In this document: piece by piece, positions 47,902 through 62,287 of the stretch
Layout: each line of letters starts with the position of its first letter
Numbering within the stretch: the stretch's first letter is position 1
Notes under the pieces: model-generated
What the model was told of the DNA's origin: nothing
Databases searched by the model: none
The model's input: the letters and a program-made list of their open reading frames with translations, nothing else
Assembly: GCA_046563655.1 (NCBI GenBank)
Contig: CM102286.1
Coordinates: forward strand, 868,001-932,000
From: Yuukianura sp. NJ FZ-2021
Taxonomy: Eukaryota
Reading direction: 5' to 3'
Length of the DNA stretch: 64,000 nucleotides
Translations under genes and position numbers: made by a program

Positions 47902-50900
47902 TATGATTCTTTTCTTCTCCAATGCCCATATTCTTCTTCCTAAGGTCATTGAAGGCACAAAAGCCAATTCCTATTGCCAGTTCCACTGTGTGATATGCTT
48001 GTAAGGGCTCCTTGCGCGTGTAAAGTTCTGTTCAGTGGTAAACCACACGAGAGAAACCAAGTCCCTGGTGACTTTTCGTTCTAAGGGACTGGAGCCCTTG
48101 GAACTTTTCAATTTTTGTTTGAACTTTTGGAAGTTCAATGAGGTCAGTGGAGCGGAGCATGGAGACTCACTTGTCAAGTCAATTTGGCAGTCAAACTTCA
48201 TTTTAGACTACGTCTGACCTTTCAAACTAATTTTTTGTCATGGGAAAAGTGAGACACAGTTTACACAGGCAGAAACTAATCAAAGTGATTTTTTGAAAAA
48301 AACTAAAAATTAATTTTGAACAAAATACACTTTTTGTAATTTGGAAATCATCTCATGTGGTCAGTTTAGAAAATTAAAAACGGGAATTCCTGCTGCTTTT
48401 GTGGTTAAATTTATGTTTTTTTAAAAAATTTTAGACAAGAAATGAGAGGCTTTTAGGCTAATTTTTGAATTTTCTACTTTGCTGTTTTTTTAAACATAAA
48501 GTGATCATTGGGGAGTTTTTTTTTCTGGATGCTTTTACGTTATTGTCATTGCGTTTTTTTCTGCTCTTGCAACTTTTGTTGCCTTGTGCTTATGTAATGC
48601 AATTTCATCTAATTTTGTCTCCAAGGTTCAAGAACTTCTTTTCATATTTACTTTTTGACTTGAAACTTTTGGAGAAGATGCGAGAGTTTTTGAGAAGCAG
48701 AAGAAACATGCTTTCTCACTTTTTCCCACCCGGGGAGACTGGAAATCGCTTTTTCAACTCAGGATAATTTGGTTTGGGAGTCCTAAGGAATCTACTTGAT
48801 GGAAATAGGATGGGAGGATGACTAAAACTCAGAATAGACATGGGGAGGCCTAAAACTCGGAATAGCGGACATGCAAGAGGTTGGCTAAAAGTGGGAACTG
48901 AGTTAATAGGAAGAGAAAGCTCCAAGAGATGGAAAAAGCAAAGAAGAAAATATTGGCACTAAGCCCTCTTATTCAAAAAATAAATTGTTCCTAATGCACT
49001 TTCTTCAAAAGCAGAAAAAAGAGGCAGATTTTTTGTTGAATCTCAAAGATTCCCGTACTTTTAAGTTTGAACATTTCGAATTTCATAACAATGGATTTTT
49101 TTTAGTATTAGGCAAAAGGGGAAGAAGATTTTGAAGGATAATGAGGTTAGTTCAAAGTTTTTTCACCCCATTGACTTAACTTTTTTGAATTTTTTTTTGT
49201 TCTTGGGGAAAGCACGCTTTCACCCTCCAATTTTAAATTCCTATTTACATTGTATTTCACTCGAAGAAAGTATTAGAGTTAAGCTTGTTTCAAATTTTGC
49301 CGCTTTCACCCTCCGCTTTCTCTTTTTAAGCCGCTTTTCGACGCTTTCATCCCCTTCCGCTTTTTAGTAAGAACCGCATGGTTCGAACGTGACTTTCTTG
49401 GAAAAGGGGGGATGAAACGGCGGTAAATTTTGGAATTTGAATTTTCAAATTTCCTAATTTTGAGTTTTCACTTCGAAACTACTGTTTTCTTTTGTGTTTT
49501 TGGGAGAACATGGATTTACAATTAGAAAGTGGAGGATTTGGAGTGTTTTTGTGTTTGGTTGTGTTGAGGAGACGATGAATAATCGGCCTGTAATTATCAC
49601 AGTGGTTTGAACTCCAAGCTTTTCCATTGTTTTGAGCAAAAGAGAAAGCAGAAGCTGTACAACCTAACGTAAACCTAAGTTAGGGTTTTGTTGTTAAAGA
49701 GGAGAATCATGTTGAGGGTATGGATTTAGTTCAAAGGAGATTTTGAGTCGATTGAAATTGAAGGGACAAAGGGCCCATGCACCCTTTGATGAAGTTTTGG
49801 GAAGCTGGAAGAGTAGATTTTTTGGAAATTTGTTTGTGGTTCGTTTGGTTCTGTGCTTGTTGGAGTGCCGGAGCTAGGGTTTCCTTAATATGAAAACGAA
49901 CTTGGGAATGCGGAGGGAGATAAAAGGAGTTTCAAAAAGTATTTTGAAAAAGTAGTTTTTCATGATGATAGTGAAACTATGGGGGCAACGGCTGGTGCAT
50001 TACTTTGGAATTCAGAAGAGGTTTAGATTTTAATATAGACATAAAACAGTGGAGAAAGTGGAAGATGGGATTTTGGCCACTGATAACTTCTTCTTAAAAG
50101 GGAGGAGGACATTAAAACAAAGTTTTTAGGAGCGCCAACATTCAAAAAGTTCAAAAACTTAGTCTGCCGATAGTCCATTTTGAGGTGCAAGCGGATTAGT
50201 ATATTCGAAAATCAGAGATCACCTTCAAAGCTTCTTATTAGTATTCAGCAAAGACGTTCAAATTAATTGAGAAGGTGCGAGGAATGCATGCATCCAGGTG
50301 GAATTGATGTAAATATTACTAAAATTTTGAATTCAAATTGGCGCGCGACTCAAAATCAATTAATAATCGACGTGTCAAACATGTTTTGATTGGAGAACTT
50401 TTGGTTTCAAACTTTAACGGAATTGAACTTGAGCTTCAGTGACTATGGGGAGGTAACACTGGCGAAGTGCGAGAGAAATTTTTGACAAAAAAATTTACTT
50501 AAAAATTTTGATTTTAATGTGAGTTGACATAAAAATTAATGGAACTGTGTTGACTGTTTTGGAATGTTAGAGTAAAAAAGAGTACTTCGTGGGGGAACTT
50601 AGTTTGTAAAAGTAGTATAAAAAAGATGAATAATTTGAAGTGTCAATAAATATTTAAAAGTTGGCGGGAAAACCGGATTGGCCAGTTTTTAAAATTCTGC
50701 AAGATTACACACTGGGTGTGCATTAGGGGATTGGTGTGTATAGGATTTTGATCTAGCTAGTGTATCTCTGCACAGTACTATTACTTACGCAATAGTAAAA
50801 AATTTGAAACATTAAAATGTAAATTTTGTCTCTTTTTCATTGTTTTACTTTGGTTAAATTTCATTATTCGATTCAGATAAACACATTACGTTTGGCACGA

Positions 50901-53900
50901 GAGTTGAAGTGCAGTGTAACGTTAAAGAGGAGTTGTTTAATGTTATTGACAATTGATAAAGATTTTCGTGTTCAACGAGCCATGTTTTGTACTAATGCGA
51001 ATTTCTTGTTCTTGTGCAAAAATTCCTTGTGTCTCCTTCCTCGTCTTGCTTTTGCAAAAAAAAAGTAATCACAGTAGTTCACGAACGACACGGGTAAAGT
51101 GACACCTTAAAAAAAATTTTTTTTACCAAAAATGCAAATACCGTTTTACATTTTTTGACAACAATAAAAATCCCGTTTTGAAATTTTCAGATCGTAAACT
51201 TCCAAACTCAAAAGTGATTTTTGAAACGCAAGAAAGAAACTCAAGCTTCTCAAAAGTGATTTTTAATTTATTTGGACACAAATTGTTTTTATCCAACTTT
51301 TGCTACTTTTCTGCCCCCATAATTTTGCGTAGGCACACATTTCCAAAATACAATGATAATTTTTGAAATATTATTTGTCAAAAGTTAAAAATTTCGAACT
51401 TTTGCTACTTTATTCATACGGAAAGTAGGAAATCAGTACTTGGATTGTTTGACAATGCGTTAAGAATTCTTTTGGTATGAAATAGTAGCGTGATTTCTGT
51501 AGTGTATGGTGCATAATGGTTTGCCTGCTGGTGTGAAGGGAGTTTGGTGTTAATCACACTGCAGATCCTTTTGTATTTTGCCACTCTAACATGAAATAAC
51601 ATCCAATTAACATAACAAAAGTCAAAAGCAAGGAGAAGAAGCCCACTTGGCATGATTTACACAGAGATGGTTTGACTTCTCAAAATCATTTAAGCACAAC
51701 TCTGGTTCATTGAACAGAGGAATGTGCACAAGGTGCTTCTGCTGCCATTGTTTGTGTTTGTGGCAATGAGACTGCAAAATGATCAAGGATGAGCTATGGA
51801 CTTGCTTTTACAATTTCTAATGTTCGAGTGCTAAAGAGCCAGAAAAAAGCACTTGAAATCATATTTTAAATATTTAGATTTTCAAAAACATATTTTTAGA
51901 ACACAAACAGTCTAAAAAGCAATTTTGGGCATAGGGCATGCACTAATTTAGTGTTTGGCGGTAGTATGCAAATTTATGCTTTCACAAATTTTATGAGCTC
52001 GAGCTGTAACTAGCGTGTGTTAATTGAATTTTTTTTTTCGTTTAACATAAAAACCCTAAATTAAAATTTTATGCTCCAATTTAATTTTCAAATTTTCCGT
52101 TTTATGTAATTTTGTCAAAGTTTGGTTTATAATTTTAGGCATGCACAAGCTATAATTTGTTTGTCAAATTTTAGACAGGCTAAAAATTTTCTGTTTTGGA
52201 CAGAGACTAAAATTTTTCTGTCGAATTTTAGGCAACTTCTCGTTTTATTTTTGTGTGTCAATATTTAAGTTTTAGGTTTTGGTGTCAGAAAATTTCGAAG
52301 TGGTTTCGTATTTTTTTTTTGTGGTTTTGCGGTTATGAGTGGTGGTTTTTTGAAACTTTTTTTTTCTCAATTTTTCTACCTCATAGTGTTTCACCCGTCT
52401 AAACTGCAGCGGGTAAATTTGAAAAACTGAACAATGACTGAAGTTTTGTGTATGCTGCTTGATGTGATTTTGAACATTTTGAATTTTGAATTGTAAGTCG
52501 GTTGTGTGGTGGTGCTGTTTAAGGATGAATTGCTTTTTTGTACTTTTATTATATAAAATTAAATTACATTTTCCAAACACAGAAGAAGTGTAGTCAAAGG
52601 ACACACAAAAGGAAAAAGAAGTTGAATTGACGCTTTAAAAAGAAGCTTCTGATGGCAACCTCCCACTCCGCTGTGCTTTGCCTTTTGAATTACTTTTTTT
52701 AACTTTGTCTTTTGATTTTTTCCAAAGCGTGAATTTTCAATGAAGGTGACGCAGCTTTTTTACGCGCTCCGTTGCTCCTTGAATTTTAACCACGTTAAAA
52801 AAAACTTTTCATGTACAACAAATAAAGGAGCTCAGAGGTTGGGCTTTTCTGAGAAAAGTTGAAAAAAATGTGAGGAGATTCTCAGATCATCAGAGAGGAA
52901 GATCAGTCTCATCCCATCGGAATCCATTGTCATCCGAAATTGCAAATTTGCATTTTGCAAATAAAGAAAAACAAGGTAGACTTGTTTGTGCTGCCGTTAG
53001 GTCACCCTGTGACTCTTCTGAAGTTGACTTTTGTTAAAAAGTTTTTCAGGTTAAGGTGCAGAGTTATGCGCCGACACAGTTGTTGTTTCTGAAAAAAGTA
53101 ATGAGATGTGGATGTTCAAAAAATGTTGATCTGTGTTACTTTTGCTTCTGCATATAGTTAGGTTAGGTGCCTATGTTGAAGTTAGGATTAGAGATGCATG
53201 CGTTCCTTGTGTCATCTGAAGAGTCTTGACGTTTTTGAAGGGCCCTTGAGCCCTTATCCGTCCTTTCAATCTTTACTTCTCTCCATTGTTCCTCTATCTC
53301 TGCTTTTTTGAAATTCAAAATCATTTGGATGCACCAAGGTTAGGTTAGTTTGTTGTACTGTGAGTTCAAATTTTGGCAAAAACAATTGGCGCCATTGTAA
53401 AAAAAAAGTGAATTGAGATTTCAAAAGTACCTAACTGCATCAGGATCCTAATCAAAATTTCGAAAAAATTGAAGGTAGGCGGGGAATTTCAACATCTTTA
53501 ACAACACAAAGTGTAAAAAACAGAAGTTGATTTTTGTTCATGCGATGATGTCATTTGATTGAAGAGCTTTCGTCTGCGCCTGCCTACCTTCCTGATTTGA
53601 TCTAAATTTTATTCAAAAATTATTCAAAGAGGTTCAGGTTTTTAGCGTATGGCGAGATTTGAAATTTTGAGATGAGACTTTTTACTTTTTTGAGTTGCGC
53701 AGAGAGGCTTAATCCGGAGATGGAAGTTGCCAATGGCAACGCAGTCGTCTAACAAGATTTTTGCCATTTTTTTCCTTTTTTGGAAAAGTCGAAAAGTGCC
53801 AGAAGGAGGTGAAATTCGGAGTTTTGTGCTGGTTTCTGTTTACCTTTTCCCGTATTTTTCTAAATCCTTTTCTATTTGTTTAGATCAGTTCTCTGGAAAC

Positions 53901-56588
53901 TGGAAAAGTAAAAAGAGTTAACGTGCCTCGGAGCAACGCTTTTGTTTTTATCGTCTACACGATTGTTCCATTAGAACTAAACAGGCTCTGCCACTCCTCA
54001 GTAGCTCTGCTCCATTTTTGAAAACACGAGTTTCAAAATTTAGTAACAAACAATTTCAAATTTACTCTCCTCTGTTTTTCCCGTGTTCAAGTCTAAAAGC
54101 TGATAAAGGTTGCAGCACGTATCAATTTTTAAAACAAAACTGAAAGTTTAAAAAACAGGGTTTTTTGAAGTGCTACATTTTGAAACTGGATAATAAAGTG
54201 TGAAGATTTTGACAGAATAAAAGCGAGGATTTTTTTTCATACGCTAAGGATGAATAGACTTTTCAGAATTTTTGAATGCGAAAAGATTCTCTGGAGAAGA
54301 AGCAGAAATTGTCGTCGCGTTTGGTTGAATGCTTCCCTTCTTGTAATGTTCGCTGAAAGCTGGAAAATCATTTCTGTGAAATTCATGAAAGCTCAAAATG
54401 TGCATAAATGTGTCGACTTTTGAAAAAAAAACAAAGGTTAGGTTCATATGTTAGGCTAACGTTAGGTTATGTTGCTACGGATGGATTGTGCTTAAGGGGG
54501 TTTTCCCGCTTCCAGGATTCGAAAGTATCGTCAAGTGGGCTTCAGTTGAGCAGGGTAAACACTGGACACATTCTAAAATATTCACTAACGTCCTGGACAT
54601 GATTTGCCATCGTCCATCCACAACTTTCCGCTCATAGTTTTGCATTTTTAACCTTATGTTTTTACTTCTATTTTTAACCTCCGGGTCACTTTTCAGCAGA
54701 ATTGCAGATTTCACAGAATTTAAAATTAGGAGAAAAAGTGGCTGGATTTTGAAAAAAAAACGTGAATTTTTGTAAGTTTTGCCTGGATTTTTTTGTCCCA
54801 TTTTTTTTTCTTAAATTGTTCCTTTTAATCTGTTGGGAATTCGAAATTTTTTGTTAAGGCTAGGTTTGTGTTCTGAAAAACTTCTTTTTTAAAAGTTTTT
54901 TTTAGAACATGAAGCCATAACTTTAAAAAAAGATGGAAGTTCTTTGTACTAAAGAAGCTTTACACTTCCTATTCTCCTTAGGTTGGGTTTAGACTGAAGC
55001 ACGTGGACTCTGCAAATCCAAGATGAATGTTGATCTCTTTGATCCGATTGACTCGCAGAATGGTTTTTAGGAGCTAAAGAAGTAGCAGCAGTGGCTCTGT
55101 TCTTTGGATGTTCAATGAATATCAAAATGGACTTTTGTATAAAAGCTCATTCACCACCAGAAGTCATGACGATAACCTTTGGCACGACCTTTTCAGGCTC
55201 CAGAAGTTCAGTGACTTCGAACTTGACTTTTTCATGCCAGGGGTCAGTTGGTCTGGACACTAACAGTTAGACTTAAGGTTAGGCTAAACCCTAACCTAAC
55301 AACTTGGCTACAACTCCAGTTAGCAATATTTCACGTTACTAAGTCTCTCGGCTTTTCAGTTAGCCGATAAGCACCCATTGTGCCAAGACTTTTGGTCTTA
55401 ACACGGCGCAGACCAATTCAATTCATCCACTTCTTACCTCCAACTCACCTTACAGGAAAATTTATTGAGTAGAAACTCAATTATGCTTTTCACCTTTTCA
55501 CTTTTTTTGGTGCTAAAGTTTAACATTTGGATTTTGAATTCGGTTTGGAGTTAAAAGTTGCTCATGCTCTGAATTCGGCTCCACTTTTAAATTTTTTTGC
55601 GACTTCCCCGCTTAACTTTTTTGTTTGAATTTCTCCCCCTCTTGTTCTACTTGTGCTGGGTGCTACCAAAATCCTTTTAATCTAAATGCTAATGTTATTG
55701 TCAATTGCTAAGAATGGCAACAACACCATAATTTCCTCACTATGCAAAACTTTTAGTCTTTTTTAGGTCTTCTGGTCTAGACTATTTTTGTAATATAGTT
55801 CCAACCTAGGGAGATTTATGGTTGGGAGTAAGGCATCTCCATTGTCTTGTTGTGCTGGCGCTGCAGGGAGGTTGTGTGAAATGTGAAATTTAAGTTAGTA
55901 AGCTCCCGACTTCCAAATTCGGCACGGATTGACGGCGGGAATCAGTGCGGAAGATGAAAAAAGTAAGGCTAAATTAGCATATCACTTGTCGCTGGGACGT
56001 GCGGAGAGTGACATGGAGGTTAATAATGCCAAAGTCTCTTCCTTTTTTCTGCACTAAAATACTAAAACACGAGAGCGTCCGTCTGGAACAAACTATCTTT
56101 TGGAGAAAGTACAAAAACGTAAAAAAGAGAAAGCACAAACAGGAATTGTTGCAAGATTTTCTGTTTTTTTGGAACAGCCGAGATGACTTTTTGTAAAAGA
56201 AAAAAGTCATAGGAATTTTGATACTTTACAAAAATTTGTTTTTTAGAGAGAGTTTTTTGGCAACTGCGCATGATCGAGTGGCAGAAATATTGGAAATGCT
56301 GCCGGGAATTTTGATTTTGGATTTTCATATTTGCAAAAGTTCTGCAACTTGTGTGTGTGTCAAATGTTGAAAGTTTTTGGGAAATGTGCGGAGGTGGAGT
56401 GATTGAGTGATTGTGTAAAAGTAAAAGTTTTTTGGCCAACCTTGTACCATGTGGCATGATGAACAAAATACTGGGCTGGAAGTTTGAAAATTTCGGAGTC
56501 AATTGAACGATTGAACCATCTTGTACAAACGTGGTACTTTTTAAGGTGAAGATGTTTGATTGTCAGCTTGTTCCAAGTTTAACACCGG

Positions 56589-56604
56589 AGGTCAATTGAG
56601 GTCA
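56589..56604 (+). promoter_or_regulatory. Perfect DR4 (AGGTCAattgAGGTCA)
   Basis: Two exact half-sites with a 4-nt spacer. Confidence 0.35.
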
Positions 56605-58885
56605 AACTTATTTTTAGTAAAGTTGAGAACACGTTGTTACACGAAAGTTTTTGAATTTGAGCGCCGAGAGCTTAGCTCAGCAGGGGGCTGTTCTAGAAAG
56701 GCTTGTTGCTGCAGCGTTGAGTTACAGGTTTTAGATTTTGAAAATTTTGCAAAACAATATATTTCTCTTGAGCTGACAGGCTATGATTTTTGGCCTGCTA
56801 CCATTAATAAGCGGGAATCAAAAAAATTTGAAATTTTGCACGATATGCATTCCATTTTCGGTGACCTTATTAAAGAAAAAAATCAGCAAGTTTGATTGCG
56901 GTTTTGATTTTGAGCTCGCCAAATGTCAAGAAAATCAATCACAAACTCATCGACCAAAAAACTCAAATTTTTTGATTTTTTTAAACTTGTAGCATAGCCT
57001 CCTATGATGTTTAAAAAGTTGTTTACTTCTGTTCCGTCAACTTTGAAAATTGAATTCAAATTCAATCAAAGGAAATATTCCAATTTTGACTGCTGGCGGT
57101 TAGCAACATATTGCGAACATTGAACTTTGGCCCCTTTTCCGTTTCGCTGAACCTGAAAGATGCGTTCTGAAAATTTTAAATTTTGAACGCCACAAATGAA
57201 TGAAACGCAAATTTTTTCCCGCGTTTCTTTTCAATTCAATTTATTCAATTTGGTAATAAGCAAAGGCAAGGATCCAGAACGTATTTGCAAAATTTCAATT
57301 TTCAAAATGGGAGAAGTAGAAAAAAGTGAAGCAAGGTTTTATAACTTTTTATTTGCCAGGTTAGTCAATTACGCTATTCAAAATATTTGAATATGGCGCT
57401 ATGATTTTTCTACCTAGGGACTAACTAGGCTAATGTCAAAGGTGAAAGTTGATTTCCCATGACTTTCATAAAGAAATGACGCTTTGCTAAAAATGCAAAA
57501 AGCAAAGAGGATCATCTGTCTTGCACAAGGAAGATTTAATTTCACAAAATTTCAAACTGGCGCCGCGAGAGATACTACTTACTGCTTAGAAGGAAAAAAA
57601 ATGGAAATGAAAAGACAATGAAAGTGGGACTCGAACCCCCTCCCCCCTTTTCCTTAAGTATCATCTTCTCCACTTCTCCGACTGCAGAAATGACTCTAGG
57701 AAGAGAAAGAGAGGGGAAGAAGCCCAGAGGAAAGAGAAAAAGTCTTTTGGTCATTAACATGATAATGTAATCCCTTAATAAAGTGCGGAATTAACCCGGG
57801 TATTTGCATTTTACCCGGTTCTGGCCTAACTTTTGGGTCAACCCTTCTCCCGCCATTTCTCTTTCTTAAGGGTTCATCTTCATTTGCCCCTGAGACGATG
57901 CGTAAAAGCTCAACGACTTTGGAGATTAAAGTCTACCCGGGTAACGGGCGCTCGGAGAAAACCGAAAAAAGTTTTTTCGGGTTCTTTAGTCCCTGCTTGC
58001 CTGCTTCATCCGAATACATAAAACAACAGTTGTCTCCGGTTGTAGCAGAAACAATGGCGGGGAAGTTGAGGAGTCCAAGTTAGATTCAAAAGTTTTTCAA
58101 AAGTTTTTAGTATCTTCCCTTTAGAATTTGTGTTTTCTCTTAAGCCTAACTTTTGCTAAAGATGGGCGGGAAGAAGACAATGTTGTCTCTATTTCGAAAC
58201 AAAACAATTGTATATTATTGTATTTGTTTGACGTGTTTACAGCTAAACTTTTATTTGAACACAATTTTAGAACACGGATCGTGCGTAATGTTTTTGGAAA
58301 AAGTTTCGCCCTAAAAGCGCGTGAGTTAATAGCCAATTCCCAATGCAGAAACAATTCATTTGATTTTAAACGATGGGAAAACCATAGCGCACGAAGGAAT
58401 TTTTATTTTTAAACTTTTCCCTTTTTTTTTTAATTCTTCGTTTTTTTAAAAGGTTTGCATTAGGAAACGGTGCATTTTGATTGGAATGGAGCAGTGAACA
58501 GTTTCATTTTCAAATGCTCTTGTGTTCAAACGTGTTCAAATGACTTCCATTTGGAAGGCTTAAGTTTTTCCTGTGTTCGTGTGTTCTCGAAGAGCCTTTT
58601 AAACAGCACTTCTTAAGATTAGAGACATGAAGATCTTCGTTTGCATTGCAATGACCCTGTTTAACTTTGTTCTAAACTTGTTTAGAAATTGGAAACTTTT
58701 AGAACAACATACTTTTTGCCAGAGTTTTAGCTTGAAAAGAAAGAAAACGCTTGATTTGACTCTGAATTGAGCACTTTTTGTTTAAAATTGGATAGACAAC
58801 GAGCTTTACAAAAATTCCAAATTCTCACAAACAAATCTCATAAATTGAACAATCAGTTTTAAAAAGTGTTTTCATTTTGTTTCAG

Positions 58886-58936
58886 ATTTGAATTTGGTGG
58901 GAAATTCTGATTGGCTTAGCGAAGTCTTCAAAGAAG
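58886..58936 (+). other. Candidate 51-nt micro-exon, symmetric phase 1
   Basis: ttttgtttcag| acceptor and AAG|gtaaga donor; the only open frame is xLNLVGNSDWLSEVFKE. Confidence 0.4.
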
Positions 58937-59474
58937 GTAAGAGTCCATCTTTAACTTTTGAAATCATGTGACTTTTACCACCTAAAAGTCAATACTTTCC
59001 CTTAGACTTGATTGGAAAATGTTGAGAAACAAAAGTTAGGCTAATGTTAAGCTAAGGAACGACCTAACGTTAGGCTAACTAGTTAGGCTAACAATAAGCT
59101 TCCATTACGAAAACTGTGTGGTATTTGGTTGGAATGGGCTTAGGTTTTAATTAATTTCGGGAGACTACTGAAGATGAAGTTTTTGGGTTGATTAAGATGA
59201 GTCTGTGCCGAATTAATTTTTGTCTTATTGATTATGTGTTGTGGCTAAGAAAGTAGGCTAAAAATTCATAACGTTGATGAAGAAATGCTCATCATGTCTT
59301 TCATTTCGAGTTTGGAAGATTCGAAAATGGCGGGAGAGTATTATTGTGTCGTCCTAAATCCTCATGATCATCTTCATCTTGTGTCCTTTGTAAGTAGGTT
59401 TCCAGTGGGAGTGGACTAGGATGACTTGACCTCGGGTTCTAATTAATTTCACTTGTTCCGAGACATGAGTCATG

Positions 59475-59519
59475 TACAGAGTGGTCCACAATAAGGGATA
59501 TGTACAGGGTGTCCCATAA
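59475..59519 (+). mobile_element. Two adjacent Tc1/mariner-type terminus remnants
   Basis: TA|CAGAGTGGTCCAC at 59475 and TA|CAGGGTGTCCCATAA at 59503 resemble TA-flanked CAGGGTG termini. No nearby partner TIR or transposase. Confidence 0.35.
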
Positions 59520-62245
59520 ACCAATTATGACCATCCTTCATTTACTCTTCCTAATTGAATCTCCCACTTATCTTCCAGAATCCATCCGAGGGATATCCAC
59601 TCTCGCTAATTCCCAATTTCCTCCCTCTTTCACTCTCAGCCTAGCCTAAATTTTGCCTAACCTAACTTTAGCCTAACGTGATCTTGATGAAACATAACCT
59701 AATCACAACCTACAGCAAATGTGCTATGAAGTCCATCAACAGATTAATGTGAAATGATACTTTTGTTAGGGTAGGTTTTCAATTTGAGGATATCCTCAAT
59801 CGGTTGAGGACTGGACAGTGAGGGCTTGGATTTAATTTGAGTAACTAGGAGAAAGTTAAGAGTGAAACTTTTTTTTTCATTTCATTTTAAAGTGTAAACT
59901 GTGAGATGTAATTAGGACTTTCTTTTAGGCTAATTGCTGCTATCAGGTTAGGTTTAGATTAGGTTATTGACCTGTTGTTAGGCTAGGGTGTGTGTGGGCT
60001 AAAGTGATTAAAACCTATAGATTTTAGTAGCCACTGCTCATGCTGGTTGTGGCTTGTGTCTCCCGTAATCCAATTTATTGAAACGCACCAGGAACTTTCT
60101 CTGCGGTTTGCTTTCACTCTGCGCTGCTTTCTTTTTGGAAATAAAAAATTACATGCGTGTTTCCATTTACTTTTGCACACGCACCGTTCACACTTGTCAT
60201 TTCTTTTGCTCGTAGATTTTTATTTACTCCAGTCAAAATTTTTAGATTTTTTTCAAAATTGGTTTTTATAATTTTGTCAAAGATATTACAGGTGGAATAT
60301 GATGAGCTGTAAAAAATGTTTGAGAAATTTTTTTTTCAATTTTATTGTGAAGTTGTACGTAGTTGGAGAGATTTTGATTTTGAAATTATGAAAACAGAGA
60401 TTGGGCGTCAATATTTTTGGAAATGTGGGAAAACTGCATTCCTTTGAATCTGGATTTTTAAAACTTGCATCTCTAATGTTAGTTTGAATGTGCGTTCCAA
60501 ATCTGGTTTTGTCTGGAACAGGGCCAGTTAGCATTGCAAGAAAGTTTGAAACGAATAATTAACTCAATTTTGAATATTTCCTACAAAAAAAATTCTGATC
60601 TTGAGGAGATGAATTTTAAGATCTGTTTTTTGGAAGAAATATTTTCAGGAGCTAGATTGTACAACCCAGTAGTTTTTAAAGTTTTATAGACTGAAGAATT
60701 TTTTGATTGGATTTTTTACATTACTTTTGCTAAAAACCCGCCAAGGAAAAAAGTTGTACTCTGCTAATCCCCCTTCTGAACCCGTATTTAATTTGTATGG
60801 TGTTCTTAATATCTACTTTGTAACAACACGTTATATTTCTTTTTATTTCATTTTTGAGTTGAATGTTCGTGAGCCTTTTGCCGTCATTTAATTATATGCC
60901 CAGCTCCGATTTGAACAGATTCCTCTGCCCAAATGTGAAACTGGACTAACCACCTTTTGCAGGCGATTGTACAAAAAAGTGACCGTATAGCGGCAAATTT
61001 TGAAATTGGAAAGAAAGAGTTTGACTTTTGCATGGAACTAGGAAGCCATTTTGGCCATTTGAGATTCGTATCTTTGGCAGGGCCCGAATTCAACTTGTAG
61101 AAAAAAGGAGAGTTGTAAATCTGGGCAGGGAAAACTAAAAGTAGCGCCGTTTTTGAAATAATAGAGACGTATTAATAGGCAATTATCATTGGTTTTTAAT
61201 GTTGTCAAAAGAACTTAACTAACACACATTATAACAAACGAGGACACACGCAACGTGGTGTGTGCCTTATTGACTTTTTCCTGACACCGGGAAATTTCAA
61301 ATGCTCAAATAAGGCTAATCATGGTTGGTTTTAGTCACACGGTCGCAAAAAATTGAAATTTTAACAATTTGGTCAAAAAGTGAAAAAGCTAAAAAGTGAG
61401 AAGATCAGGCATCGGAAAATCTAGCCTAAAAGATAGCCTATTCTTGATAACGATTGACATTTTCGAATTTTGACTATTTCACTTTTCATCAATTTAGTTT
61501 TTGACCATTTCACCTGCCACAAAAAATTTCCCGCTAAAAGTTTTTGTTTATAAATTGGCTCAATTTTGGTTTCAAATCCGTTTTAATTTTTTTTTTTTTG
61601 AAAATCATTATCTCGTCAAAAGTTTCCTTTAAAAAATCCATCTTCAGTTGTTTTTTAGTTACACGTGAATTTTTTTCTTTGTGTTCTTTGAAATTTCCAA
61701 GGTTTTCAAATTCCATTTTCAGTTTTAGTTGTTCCTGTTGAAGTTTTTGTGAAAATTGTAAATGGTGGGAACTTTTGAGCCGAGAAAGTAGTGATTTTGG
61801 TTGAAAAGGAACTTGGTTGAAGTAAGGAAAGGGAAATAATGTTGTTGATTTATGATCTCGAGATGTCAACATGCTAAGGAGGCTGAACCAGATGTAAAAT
61901 TTCCTTGGTTTACGAGATCATGGTTTCCTCTTGTCCAATATTCCCCAAAGGATGAGACACACAAACCGCTCTCAGACAAGAACACAAATCCCCTTCAACT
62001 GCTTTCTCCACTTCTCTCAACAAAAAAACTAAAATCTGCTCAAGTTACTCAAATCTGACAGTGGGAATCAGTCTTACTCTGCAATTGTAATAACCCTTGA
62101 CCTCTCGAGGATTCGAACTCGCGGCCTTTGTCAAATGTTCTTGTCTCTTGAAATCGGGTGTGACACGTTCCTTGAAATATGCAAACGAGTTCCAGCTCCC
62201 TCGGGAGTCTTCGTTTATGGCTCCAAAACTAGGAAAAATAAAGAT

Positions 62246-62258
62246 TGACCTTTGACCT
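62246..62258 (-). promoter_or_regulatory. Perfect DR1 (AGGTCAAAGGTCA on the minus strand)
   Basis: TGACCTTTGACCT exact. Confidence 0.4.
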
Positions 62259-62287
62259 GTCATGGAACATGTACATTTACAACTTTA

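Noticed and set aside
50760..52600. Possible decayed DNA transposon (composition shift, Cys-rich fragments near 51720)
   Set aside because: No TIR pair, TSD or transposase motif could be identified.
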